Source: Candidatus Poribacteria bacterium (GTDB lineage Bacteria > Poribacteria > WGA-4E > PCPOR2b). Taken from it: a stretch of DNA of 64,000 nucleotides. Of the stretch, positions 18,643 to 27,630 are shown piece after piece. The translations under genes were made by a program, and so were the position numbers. The stretch is taken from contig OZ244587.1 of NCBI GenBank assembly GCA_965218095.1, forward strand, positions 4,640,001 through 4,704,000, read 5' to 3'. Positions within the stretch are counted from its first letter, which is position 1. Each line of letters starts with the position of its first letter. The notes beneath the pieces are model-generated. The model ran no database searches and was not told where the DNA came from. It worked only from the letters and a program-made list of their open reading frames with translations.

Positions 18643-20439
18643 CTATCGATAGAGCAACTCGTCCGAGGCAAACCGGGTGACTTTCTTCCAGTGCACCGTG
18701 TTGTCCCGGTAGTGCTCACGCTGGTAGAGCGGATGGTACACACCTGTTGGCTGGATGTTAACCACCTCGTTCCCCTTGCACACCAGATTGTACGGCTGCT
18801 TCTCGATCGTGACCCAGTGGGTGTGCTCCTCAATCGGGAAGGTCAGCGCCGCTACCGTGCCAGCCGCAGTCTGGCCCACCTGCGCGTAGCGCCCTTGCCA
18901 GCCGACCGTACGGACCTCACCATCCACCCGACAGGTGATTTGCTCCGGCTCGACCCACTCCGGGATGCGTATTGACAGCTCTACGTCCTGCTTGATCTTG
19001 ACATCAACCTGGCCCTCGTAGGGTAGGTAGCTGTCTATATCGGCCCAAGGCGACGTCCGGTTAAGCAGCAGATTCACCCGCAGCTTGCCCCCCTCATGGG
19101 TGAGAATGTGCTCCCAGATGAAGTAGAGTGCCCGTGAGCCAGTTCCGGAGCAGCAGCCGGCGAAGCCCATATTATGGCCGCCCATAAAGTCATTCGGCAA
19201 AGCAGAGCTGGTGAAGGCGCCTACACACGCGTCCCCGACACCTTCTGTCCGCTGGCGGCGAGGGTCCGTTTGGCTCCATGCTGTTGAGGACCCGTGTGGA
19301 CCTGACCAGGCCCGCCGCTCGATCCAGTCGCCGTGGGTTAACTGCTGCTCCACAAACTGGTTGCGCAGCCAACGGTCCACGTCGTCCCAGTAGTCACCCG
19401 CGCCGATAATGCTCAAGCGCAAGCCCAGGCCGATCATGTCCGCCAAGCCGCAGGTCTCGCACATCTGGAAGTTCTCCCGGAAGAGCAGCTCCGGAAAGTA
19501 GCCCGTCCGAGGTTCGCCGTGGACGCGGGCGAACTCGAACCCCTGCTGCGCAAACTCAATCAGTTCTTGGTCGCCGCCTGCAGCCAGGGCGTAGTCTAGG
19601 ATTTCCAGCAGGGAATGGACGTGGGCGTAGAAGTGGGCTTCGGGCCCCGGTCGGCGTTTGCACGCCCGAAAGCTGGCGTCAGGGCCGAAGTGGTTGCCGT
19701 GATTTTTGATGGTCCGCACCAGCTTGCCTGCCAGTTCCAGGCAAGGCTCGTAGCCGGTCTCCTGGAAAAAGAGGAGCAGCCCGTGCACCACCCACCCTCC
19801 ATGGGAGACCATGTGTGGGTTCGGCATGGTCGGATCGGTCCAGGGGATAACGCTCTGGGGAAAGTACGCGTAATCGCCCTTATCCACCACATTCGCCGCC
19901 AGCCCCTGCACCAGCCGCTCGCCGGTCTCTTTCCACAGAGACTCGCGGCTGCGATGATAGTAAAGCGCCAGGATGGTAAGTCCCCAGGCGCCCGTTAAGA
20001 TGGAGGTCCGATCGCCCGTGCTGGCGCCATGGGTCCCGAGCGAGTTGAAGGCCAGCCAGGGCCTTTCCTCGATCTTCTCGTAGAGCAGCCCATCCGGCGC
20101 TTGCATGTGCAGCAGGACCTTCGTCCAATGTTCCTCCACGTGCGTATTGAGGTCGCTGCCGCTCATAATCCGCATGAGTGGCAACTGATCGTGCCATAAC
20201 ATTTGATTCCAGATGTCCCAGTGCCAATGCCCGATAAAGGGAGGATTGCTCCCCAAAACTGTCACGTAGTAAATTTCGTAATCAGCCTCGGGATCGCTCC
20301 GGGATGTTATACTATGGATAGCCAGAGCCGCCCGCTCCTGCAGATCAAGGGTAGCGGGGACCATGGCTTCGTAGCGTTGTCCCTTATAGGGTGGAATCTC
20401 AAAAGCTGGAATCTCCTCACGTATGTACTTGAAATCCAT
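18643..20439 (-). CDS. GH127-like glycoside hydrolase paralog
   Basis: GAGGAGG RBS; CETC..DM and GCCSGTG motifs. Confidence 0.65.
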   Translation of the reverse strand: MDFKYIREEIPAFEIPPYKGQRYEAMVPATLDLQERAALAIHSITSRSDPEADYEIYYVTVLGSNPPFIGHWHWDIWNQMLWHDQLPLMRIMSGSDLNTHVEEHWTKVLLHMQAPDGLLYEKIEERPWLAFNSLGTHGASTGDRTSILTGAWGLTILALYYHRSRESLWKETGERLVQGLAANVVDKGDYAYFPQSVIPWTDPTMPNPHMVSHGGWVVHGLLLFFQETGYEPCLELAGKLVRTIKNHGNHFGPDASFRACKRRPGPEAHFYAHVHSLLEILDYALAAGGDQELIEFAQQGFEFARVHGEPRTGYFPELLFRENFQMCETCGLADMIGLGLRLSIIGAGDYWDDVDRWLRNQFVEQQLTHGDWIERRAWSGPHGSSTAWSQTDPRRQRTEGVGDACVGAFTSSALPNDFMGGHNMGFAGCCSGTGSRALYFIWEHILTHEGGKLRVNLLLNRTSPWADIDSYLPYEGQVDVKIKQDVELSIRIPEWVEPEQITCRVDGEVRTVGWQGRYAQVGQTAAGTVAALTFPIEEHTHWVTIEKQPYNLVCKGNEVVNIQPTGVYHPLYQREHYRDNTVHWKKVTRFASDELLYR

Positions 20440-20603
20440 AGGGGTTGCCTCCTCAGATAGCAATTGGTTTTTGTAATCGTCCCCTGTGTAATCGTCCCCT
20501 GGTTGTGTTACATTGATTATGTTATGCGCTGCGAACCGAAAATTCTCACCAACTCAGGCGTAGCACCTTGGCTATATTCGGGATATTGCGGTCTGCTCTG
20601 CGT

Positions 20604-21347
20604 TTAGAAACTCTTTATCCGACCCCAGGCGGTTGTGAGTTTGGCTTCAGGTGAAACTGCGAAAAAATTCATATCTATCTTAGGAATCTCATCACCTGTA
20701 ATGACGACGTTATCGAAATGAACCTCGCAATTTCTTCCCAGGATTGCTGCAGCCCCTGTAGCTCGGAACCTACCTAGGAAATTACAAACTAACGTGTCGT
20801 TGATAAACATCCTGTAACGATTTCCATCAGCAACAATTCGCAATGCATACCATCTCCCCTCCTTAATAGGGAAATTGACAGCAACCTCAACAATGTCTGC
20901 GTCTCCTTGAAAGAAGAGTTCGCAAAAAGCCGCATTCCAGTCATCACCTTCTGTCGAAATCTTAACATCTGTACCAGTGATGAAGCCTTTTGTATCGTCG
21001 TAACGAACCCCAATGCTAAAGAATGGCCGCCGGGAGGGAAAATCACATCCAGCATGGAGGAAAGCTTGTTCAACTTTGGCTTGGCACTCAAACTCATAAT
21101 CTTTCCATGTATTATCGCCAATTCCAAGGGTGCTTGCCGATCGACAAACCCCTTGGGAAAGGCAAACCAGTTCGCCTTCTTCCACAAACCATTGGGCTGA
21201 TTCACCATGGATGAAAACATCTCCGGCCTTCCCTTCAAATAGCCGCCACCCATCAAGATTCCCATCGTCAAAGTTATCCCTTAATGTTCGTGCCCATGCC
21301 GATGTTGCCAGCAGGAATAGTATCAACCCAACCATTGTGTGTTTCAT
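20604..21347 (-). CDS. Secreted ConA-like (DUF1080-like) protein with TWG tail
   Basis: Signal peptide ending AWA; DNFDDG, WKDYEF, FDNVVI; ends FAVSPEAKLTTAWGRIKSF. Confidence 0.7.
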   Translation of the reverse strand: MKHTMVGLILFLLATSAWARTLRDNFDDGNLDGWRLFEGKAGDVFIHGESAQWFVEEGELVCLSQGVCRSASTLGIGDNTWKDYEFECQAKVEQAFLHAGCDFPSRRPFFSIGVRYDDTKGFITGTDVKISTEGDDWNAAFCELFFQGDADIVEVAVNFPIKEGRWYALRIVADGNRYRMFINDTLVCNFLGRFRATGAAAILGRNCEVHFDNVVITGDEIPKIDMNFFAVSPEAKLTTAWGRIKSF

Positions 21348-21718
21348 AACCTTCTCCTGTTTTGAAATTACAAACCACGTCTCCCTCCTCAGCGGGCTAA
21401 CCTTACTTTTACCTACAAGCACCGGCAAAGAGAAAGTGAGAACTCGCTCCCTTGCTTCCTCGCCTCCCTGCCCGATAGCCGCCGGATAAAAAGATCTGGG
21501 TAAAAGTAAGGAATTGGGGGCCAGGGGGCTAAGAACCTGTTTTAAAAACCCAAGTTGCTACTTGAAAAACACCGTTGAGAAATGCTCGGAAGTTGCATAC
21601 TTTTCATACTTTTCCGAGGAAACGGGAGAATTTGATAGAGACAAAAAAGGGTGAGAACTCACGCTAGGACTCATTTCTGGGCGGTTTGCACAGGAAGGGT
21701 ACTCGGAAAAGTACTCAG

Positions 21719-22220
21719 AAACCCAAGTTGCCACCTAAAGAATTGGAAGACTAGAAGATTGGAAGAGTTTATCCCTTCCAGCCTTCCAGTCTTTTTCCTT
21801 CCACCCCTTGCTCAAAATGTAAAGTTTATTCTTGAAACTTGCTTACCGGTGTGCGGAGGATGTTGTGTTTCGAGAAGGATGCCTCTCCCACAGCTCACCT
21901 AACCCCCCGCTAGACGGTTTTGATAATCTCAATGTCACAAATTGTCACAAATTGTCACATAATTTTATCGGATGCGGTCGGCGGGGCAAGGATGCCTCTC
22001 CCACAACCTACGGGGAGAAGCCAACCCCGGTCAAACTTTCCGCTTGCTGCAACTGTGCCCCTAGCAAACGGTTTTGATAATTACGATGTCACAATATATC
22101 ACAAATCGTCACATCAATGTGATATATTGTGACATCGGCAGGCTTTGAGTTAAAAGTGCGGCTTTTTATCCTCGTTGTCTCCATCAAGTTATTTCCTTTC
22201 TAAGGTGGCAACTTGGGTTT
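21719..22220. mobile_element. MITE-like non-coding element with 18-bp TIRs
   Basis: aaacccaagttgccacct (21719-21736) and its perfect inverse (22203-22220); internal direct and inverted repeats; related ends at ~21546 and ~59066. Confidence 0.6.
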
Positions 22221-22609
22221 TATTTAGCACTCCTTAACTCAAAAGCCCTAACGATAACATATGCAATTAAGGCAAATATAAATACCACTAAGTATAGCCA
22301 AGCAATCGCTTGAAGGGTTTCGATGATGGTTCGATATGCCTCTAGTATCCATCGATCACTATTCAACTCTAAAACCTGAGAATCTTCGGTAGGTGCACTT
22401 ATATATCTTTCTAGCTCATGTATTCTCACACCACCGGAAATACCAACTACATAAGCAGCAAATTTCACATACTTATGCCACGCACTGCTGATCTCGTCCT
22501 GAATGATGCGCCTAAATATGGTGGATATTGGCTTATTAAAGACCTGCACAACCCAAAATGAGACAACAGCCGCTAAGACGAATGTGACTAACAGTAATGT
22601 AAAAAACAT
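22220..22609 (-). CDS. Small membrane protein, gene-cassette-like
   Basis: 129 aa, low GC, ~3 TM segments, GGAGG RBS directly after a GTTAGCG core-like site. Confidence 0.75.
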   Translation of the reverse strand: MFFTLLLVTFVLAAVVSFWVVQVFNKPISTIFRRIIQDEISSAWHKYVKFAAYVVGISGGVRIHELERYISAPTEDSQVLELNSDRWILEAYRTIIETLQAIAWLYLVVFIFALIAYVIVRAFELRSAK

Positions 22610-22627
22610 ATATCCTCCATTTACACG

Positions 22628-22857
22628 CTAACGCCCCAAGTTCAGTTTGAGTACAGGGCACTTCACATCTTTCACCGCGCCGAGTTCGGGGTCGTAAACC
22701 GTGTCTGTAACTTCCTGCTCATGGATAAAACTGTTGATTAACTCCATCAGGTTATCGGGCTGTAGGATGTCTTCCCACAGGTAGGAGACCTTTAGCCCGA
22801 CGGGTTCAACTGCGCTTCGATGTGGTTTTCAAAGTCTGTTTCGGTATACGTGGGCAT
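22628..22857 (-). pseudogene. hsdR: Type I restriction subunit (hsdR) remnant with a large deletion
   Basis: MPTYTETDFENHIE.. starts right after the hsdS stop, then shifts frame into SYLWEDILQPDNLMELINSF. Confidence 0.65.
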
Positions 22858-22860
22858 GGT

Positions 22861-24168
22861 CTAAACCTCGCTTCGGACATCTATCTTGCCGGTGACAACT
22901 TCGGAGATGAGGGATTGACGGTATTCTTTGAGGAGTTCAACTTTTCGCTGTTCTGCGGATATCAGTTCGTCGATCTGCTCGGTTTTGCGGTCAAGGAAGT
23001 CGGCGATTTGGGTTTGTTCAGAAAACGACGGGAAGATAGCAGATATATTCTTGAAATTATCATAATATAAGTTATGCCTCTGGTCTACTACTTGGTAAGA
23101 TGCCCTATCAAAGGTCGTTTTATACAAATCAGTCCGAAATAGATAATGAAAATACTTGGAAACTAACTTTGTAGTAGGGCGACAAACCTGATAGGCTGGA
23201 CTGACTATTCCTTCATAATCAGACATACCTATTCCACCTTTCCAAACTGTCATTACATTAAAAGCAATATCGCCAATTTTTACTCTCTTATAGAGAGATT
23301 TGTCCACAGATGAAACATCTTTTTGACCTGTTTCACTTTTTGGAATTATCCCCTTTATGCCAATTGAAAGTAAAATCAAATTTGGATAACCAACATCTCT
23401 AATTTGCTGGAATATAAACTTGTTGCGAATCACTTCCCAATGCTTCGGTATTTCCCCAATCCACTCTACGCCTGATGGTTTCATCTCCACATTTGGGTCA
23501 AGCCCCTTCGTCACTGCCTGATTTATCAGAACAGTTCGTTGTTCTTGCAGCAGTTCTATCTTTCGTTCCTTGATGCGGCTCAGTTCGTCTATCTGTTGGG
23601 TCTTGCGGTCGAGGAAGTTGGCGATTTGGGTTTGTTCTTGTTTGGGTGGTACTGATAGCAGTAACTCGTCAATAGACTGTGTATTAAGGTTAGCCAATCC
23701 AGTAGTCGTTTCACTTTGATATTTATACTGCTCTCGTGCGAGAGGGCAGTTCATGAAGTAGTGCAGAAATTTGCTGTTGATGTGGCTCTTGGGACAAATC
23801 CTTTGAACAAAGTTTGAGTAACAAACGAACATAGACTCGATTTTTTCATCAACGAGACCTGTTTTTCCAATGTGGTCTTGACTACCACTGGATTTCGTGA
23901 TTACCAAATCACCTTTCTTGAGCAAAAATCTTTCTGCTTCTTCCTTGCTAATCTCCCGTTTTATTAAACCCCGTAAATCCCAATGACCATCTATCGTGAT
24001 TTCCGTTGACCGAAGGACATAAGTACCAGTTCCAAATTCATCGTCTTGTCCCCAAATGCCACCAGAGTTTTCAGAGAGATGAAACTTAAACCTACTGCAT
24101 CTCCAATGCGCTGGTATCTCCCCAATCCAATCCACACCACTCTCTTTATATTCAGGATAACGCTTTAT
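22861..24168 (-). CDS. hsdS: Type I R-M specificity subunit (native ATG appears mutated to ATA; in-frame GTG at 24135)
   Basis: KRYPEYKESGVDWIGEIP, two TRDs, PP..EQTQIA.FLD, MKPSGVEWIGEIP, SLISEVVTGKID. Confidence 0.85.
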   Translation of the reverse strand: MKRYPEYKESGVDWIGEIPAHWRCSRFKFHLSENSGGIWGQDDEFGTGTYVLRSTEITIDGHWDLRGLIKREISKEEAERFLLKKGDLVITKSSGSQDHIGKTGLVDEKIESMFVCYSNFVQRICPKSHINSKFLHYFMNCPLAREQYKYQSETTTGLANLNTQSIDELLLSVPPKQEQTQIANFLDRKTQQIDELSRIKERKIELLQEQRTVLINQAVTKGLDPNVEMKPSGVEWIGEIPKHWEVIRNKFIFQQIRDVGYPNLILLSIGIKGIIPKSETGQKDVSSVDKSLYKRVKIGDIAFNVMTVWKGGIGMSDYEGIVSPAYQVCRPTTKLVSKYFHYLFRTDLYKTTFDRASYQVVDQRHNLYYDNFKNISAIFPSFSEQTQIADFLDRKTEQIDELISAEQRKVELLKEYRQSLISEVVTGKIDVRSEV

Positions 24169-24200
24169 AACGCCAACACCTCACTCAGCAAACCTTCACT
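24165..24200 (-). pseudogene. hsdM: Last codons of hsdM
   Basis: SEGLLSEVLAL* with its stop overlapping the hsdS start position (ATAA where ATGA is expected). Confidence 0.45.
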
Positions 24201-24284
24201 TTTCCATCGGAAAGGAAATTGGCATCATTCTTCTATTATGCGACAACCTTCCACGCAAATGTCAGCAGAACCTAGCACCATTGG

Positions 24285-25136
24285 TTAATACTGCGTTTTC
24301 ACACTGCCCCAGGTTATTGCGAGTTTTGAGGCAGGCTCAACTGCTGCCGCCTCGGGGTTTTTGAAGTTGTTGCGAATTTCCGCATCGCTCAGCACCCGGT
24401 CATACACCCGGACAAGATGGATTGAACCGTTGAAGTTCCGACGCGCTTCAGAACGGACCTGGCAGAAGATCGCGTGATAGTTCATATTCACATCTTTGAC
24501 AAAGTCATGAACAGTCTTTATCGCCTTTTCTTTCTCGCCATCCATCCAGGGCTGAAGTTGGTTGCCTCCTCGTCCGCCTTTATCTTTGTAGGTGAATAAG
24601 ATGTGGTGCCACTTTCCTACCCCGATATCCATGACGCCGTAAGCCACCCGGTTTGCCAACGGGGTCTTCGCCCCTTTGAGGTACATCCACATCGCCCCCC
24701 CGTTCACCGTGTAGAAGCCCAACATGATCCACTGGCTTTGTTCTGTAAACCAACCGCCACCATCCACAGAATGGAAGCCAGCGACCTGGTGCTCATCGCC
24801 ATACGCTGGGCCGTTGCGCTTCAAGATGACCTCGACAGTAAAGTCCTCCAGATGCAGGGTCGGGTTAGCACCGGCCGGGCCGCCGAATATCTGGCTCCCC
24901 CTTTTAGCGGTGAACCGCGCCGGGTTCTTACCCTCGGCCGGTTCGAAAACCGGTGCCGACCCACCGGGTATCACCCCACCGGCGACGCCGCGGTTCTTCC
25001 AGCTACCGTTGACGAGGCTCGCTTCGTCAGCAATAAGCTCAAGCTGGGGGCCTTTGACGGCGCCTCGCGCCATAGAACCGGCCATTGCAAAAAGAAGCGT
25101 CAGACTGAGAATCGCAATTCCTTTTAGGTAGTTCAT
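24285..25136 (-). CDS. Secreted LamG-like protein with TWG tail (paralog of the 4318 gene)
   Basis: Shares LHLE..KRNGP..EHQV.GFHS; ends AAVEPASKLAITWGSVKTQY. Confidence 0.85.
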   Translation of the reverse strand: MNYLKGIAILSLTLLFAMAGSMARGAVKGPQLELIADEASLVNGSWKNRGVAGGVIPGGSAPVFEPAEGKNPARFTAKRGSQIFGGPAGANPTLHLEDFTVEVILKRNGPAYGDEHQVAGFHSVDGGGWFTEQSQWIMLGFYTVNGGAMWMYLKGAKTPLANRVAYGVMDIGVGKWHHILFTYKDKGGRGGNQLQPWMDGEKEKAIKTVHDFVKDVNMNYHAIFCQVRSEARRNFNGSIHLVRVYDRVLSDAEIRNNFKNPEAAAVEPASKLAITWGSVKTQY

Positions 25137-25216
25137 TTTATATCATCCTTTTACTATAAAGTTATATGAGGGTGGTTCATAATTCAATGTACGTCATTGC
25201 TGGCCTCGGGTAAGTT

Positions 25217-25270
25217 TGTAGTCGGGCGATTTATCGCCCGTCTCAACGCGCAATGAATTGCACTACTACC
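25217..25270. repeat. GTAG-type REP doublet
   Basis: gtagtcgggcgatttatcgcccg ... gcaatgaattgcactactac. Confidence 0.6.
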
Positions 25271-25300
25271 AACCGCACGATCTATTATGTTCCACCCTCA

Positions 25301-25329
25301 ATTATATAACCTCTCTAAAAAGTCGTCAA
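25301..25329 (-). promoter_or_regulatory. sigma70 promoter
   Basis: TTGACG-17 bp-TATAAT. Confidence 0.7.
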
Positions 25330-25399
25330 GCCAAAAGTTGTAAAGCAGCCTCTTGACAGCGGATGCGTTTGAGTGTATAATTCAAAGGTTGATAGGTGG

Positions 25400-25710
25400 A
25401 AGAGGCGTTGTGGACGTTTGTGCGCCTGGAGGGTGTGGAGCCAACAAATCACGCCGTGGAACGAGCGGTACGGTCGGGTGTGCTATAGCGCAAGGGGAGT
25501 TTCGGCCGTCTAGCACCGATGGCATCCGCTTTGTGGGACGGATTTGGACAGTGGTTGCCACACTCAGACAGCAAAAACGCAATGTCCTTGCATCTCTGAC
25601 GGAGGCCTGCGAAACCACGATTCAGGGCGAAAAGGCGCCATCGCTGCTTCCTAATGAGATGGTCGGCAGCCAACCGACTGGGTAACCTCTACGACCACCT
25701 GAACAGTTAG
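25400..25710 (+). pseudogene. IS66-family transposase C-terminal remnant with degenerate right end
   Basis: EPTNHAVERAVRSGVL*RKGSF / RFVGRIWTVVATLRQQKRNV..APSLLP; cctgaacagttag resembles the IS66-type end cctgaacggttac. Confidence 0.7.
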
Positions 25711-25736
25711 AAAAAACGAAAAAGGAGGAAATCAAA

Positions 25737-26567
25737 ATGAAAGGCATTATCACGAGATTCCTTTTCGTCTCTGTCAGTATCATTGTCGTGAGTCTTTGGT
25801 CTCCACTCCGGGGTTCTGCCGAAATTGACCTCAAAAACGTTGTGGGAATCTGGACCTTTGATGAGGGCACAGGTGACCTGGCCAAGGACATCTCTTTGAA
25901 AAGGAATCATGGAAAGCTTATTGCCCCAAAGAGAAATGATCCTCCAAAATGGGTCAAAGGAAAGTTTAGTCAGGCGTTGGAATTTGACGGGCAACCGTAT
26001 TTTGGGAATTATGTTGACATGGGGGATCCAGCGGACGGCTCTCTCGATTTTGGGAAAAACGATTTTTCCGTCACTTGGTGGTTCAAAACGACAGCGCTGG
26101 GCAAGTATATGGTTTCCAAAAAAGCTGCTGGTCACTTTGATGCAGGTTTTCATGCCAATCTGGATGGCCCAAGGGGGAATCTTCGTATCCTTCTGGCAGA
26201 TGGGAAGATAGATGCCAGCGTGGATGGGGAAACAGGGAACCTCCATAACGACAAATGGCATCATGGCGCTTTTGTGAGATCTGGAGATAAGTTACAGGTG
26301 TACGTGGATGGGAGGGCAAATAACTCGACGGCCGGCGTCGTAAACCTTGACATTAGCAGCACGACGAATTTTTATGCCGGTCGAGAGAACAATGGAAACA
26401 AGAGATACCCCGGCCTCCTCGACGACCTTGCCGCCTTTTCTGTTGCCTTAACGGAAGATGAGATTAAAGAGATCATGAACGAGGGGCTAAGAGAGGTAGT
26501 TCCGACTGCTGCCGTTTCCCCCAAAGGGAAACTTGCCACTGCTTGGGGCGCCATCAAAGCCCGATAA
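25737..26567 (+). CDS. Secreted LamG-like protein with TWG tail
   Basis: W.FDEG.G, GKF..ALEFDG, WHH, YVDG, G.LDDL; ends AAVSPKGKLATAWGAIKAR. Confidence 0.9.
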   Translation: MKGIITRFLFVSVSIIVVSLWSPLRGSAEIDLKNVVGIWTFDEGTGDLAKDISLKRNHGKLIAPKRNDPPKWVKGKFSQALEFDGQPYFGNYVDMGDPADGSLDFGKNDFSVTWWFKTTALGKYMVSKKAAGHFDAGFHANLDGPRGNLRILLADGKIDASVDGETGNLHNDKWHHGAFVRSGDKLQVYVDGRANNSTAGVVNLDISSTTNFYAGRENNGNKRYPGLLDDLAAFSVALTEDEIKEIMNEGLREVVPTAAVSPKGKLATAWGAIKAR

Positions 26568-26796
26568 CAAATCCCAAAAAAGGCAGGGTATGCGTAATAA
26601 ATCGTGGGCTTTTGAAGTTTTGGCATGAAAATTCAATTCAAAGAATTTTCTAACTGATCACGACTTGATAGGGATGAGCAAAGGGTTGGCTAAAATGTGC
26701 ATGGTGTAAAAGAGGAACCCATGAAACGCTACAACAATCCACTGCTTATAGCATTTGCGCTATGAGGGGCAGCCCTAACATAAAAAGGAGTTTCTT

Positions 26797-27627
26797 ATGA
26801 TGTTGCGTGTTGTCTGGATTATGTGCTTGGTTTTTATTGTCGTTTTCCCCCCACTTGTGCGTGGACAGGGGCAAGGCTTCCAATTGATGGAAGATGTTGT
26901 CTATCTGAAGAACGGGGGCATTGTCCGCGGTATGATCTACGAGCAGGTTCTGGGGGAATCGCTGAAGATACATACACAGGATGGCAGTGTGTTTGTCTTT
27001 GAAATAGAGGAAATTAGCAGAATCACGAAGGAACCCCCCGTGGTAAACAGATCTGCCCAAGCACCTCGCATGGAAGATGTTGTCTATCTGAAGAACGGGG
27101 GCATTGTCCGCGGTATGATCTACGAGCAGGTTCCGTGGGAATCGCTGAAGATACATACACAGGATGGCAGTGTGTTTGTCTTTGAAATGGGGGAGATTAG
27201 CAGAATCACGAAGGAACCCCCCGTGCCATCGGCTGCCAATGTGTCCGTCTCTGAAATAGAGGGGATTAGCAGGATCACGAAACGACCTCGCCGTTTCGCG
27301 TTTGGACCGAAAAATCCTGGACTCGCTTTTGTCTTATCGTTGCTGATCACTGGAGGGGGACAGATCTATAATGAGCAGTATGAAAAGGCAGCTGCTCAAG
27401 CGGGACTTGCGATTTTCGGGGCTGTCCTTGTGCTTGAGGACAGTGGCGATAATGCTGATATTGGCGCAATCCTTTGGATTAGTGCGGTTTTGTGGTCGAT
27501 TATTGATGCGCCAATATCAGCGAACGAAATCAATCTTCAAAGTCAGTCTGCAAGCCGGATTGAGGTTAGAATCGATCCGATGGTCTCACGGGAGGGGGCG
27601 GGGGCTATGGTGGCCCTCCGTTGGTAA
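26797..27627 (+). CDS. Exported/membrane protein with an internal tandem domain duplication
   Basis: Two near-identical DVVYLKNGGIVRG...EISRITKEPP units; KNPGLAFVLSLL..GGGQIYN TM2-like segment. Confidence 0.75.
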   Translation: MMLRVVWIMCLVFIVVFPPLVRGQGQGFQLMEDVVYLKNGGIVRGMIYEQVLGESLKIHTQDGSVFVFEIEEISRITKEPPVVNRSAQAPRMEDVVYLKNGGIVRGMIYEQVPWESLKIHTQDGSVFVFEMGEISRITKEPPVPSAANVSVSEIEGISRITKRPRRFAFGPKNPGLAFVLSLLITGGGQIYNEQYEKAAAQAGLAIFGAVLVLEDSGDNADIGAILWISAVLWSIIDAPISANEINLQSQSASRIEVRIDPMVSREGAGAMVALRW

Positions 27628-27630
27628 AAC

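Noticed and set aside
21932-21960. Pho box
   Set aside because: The repeat period is 10 bp rather than 11, it lies within a MITE-like element, and no phosphate gene is adjacent.
22628-24200. Functional type I R-M system
   Set aside because: hsdM and hsdR are only short stubs.
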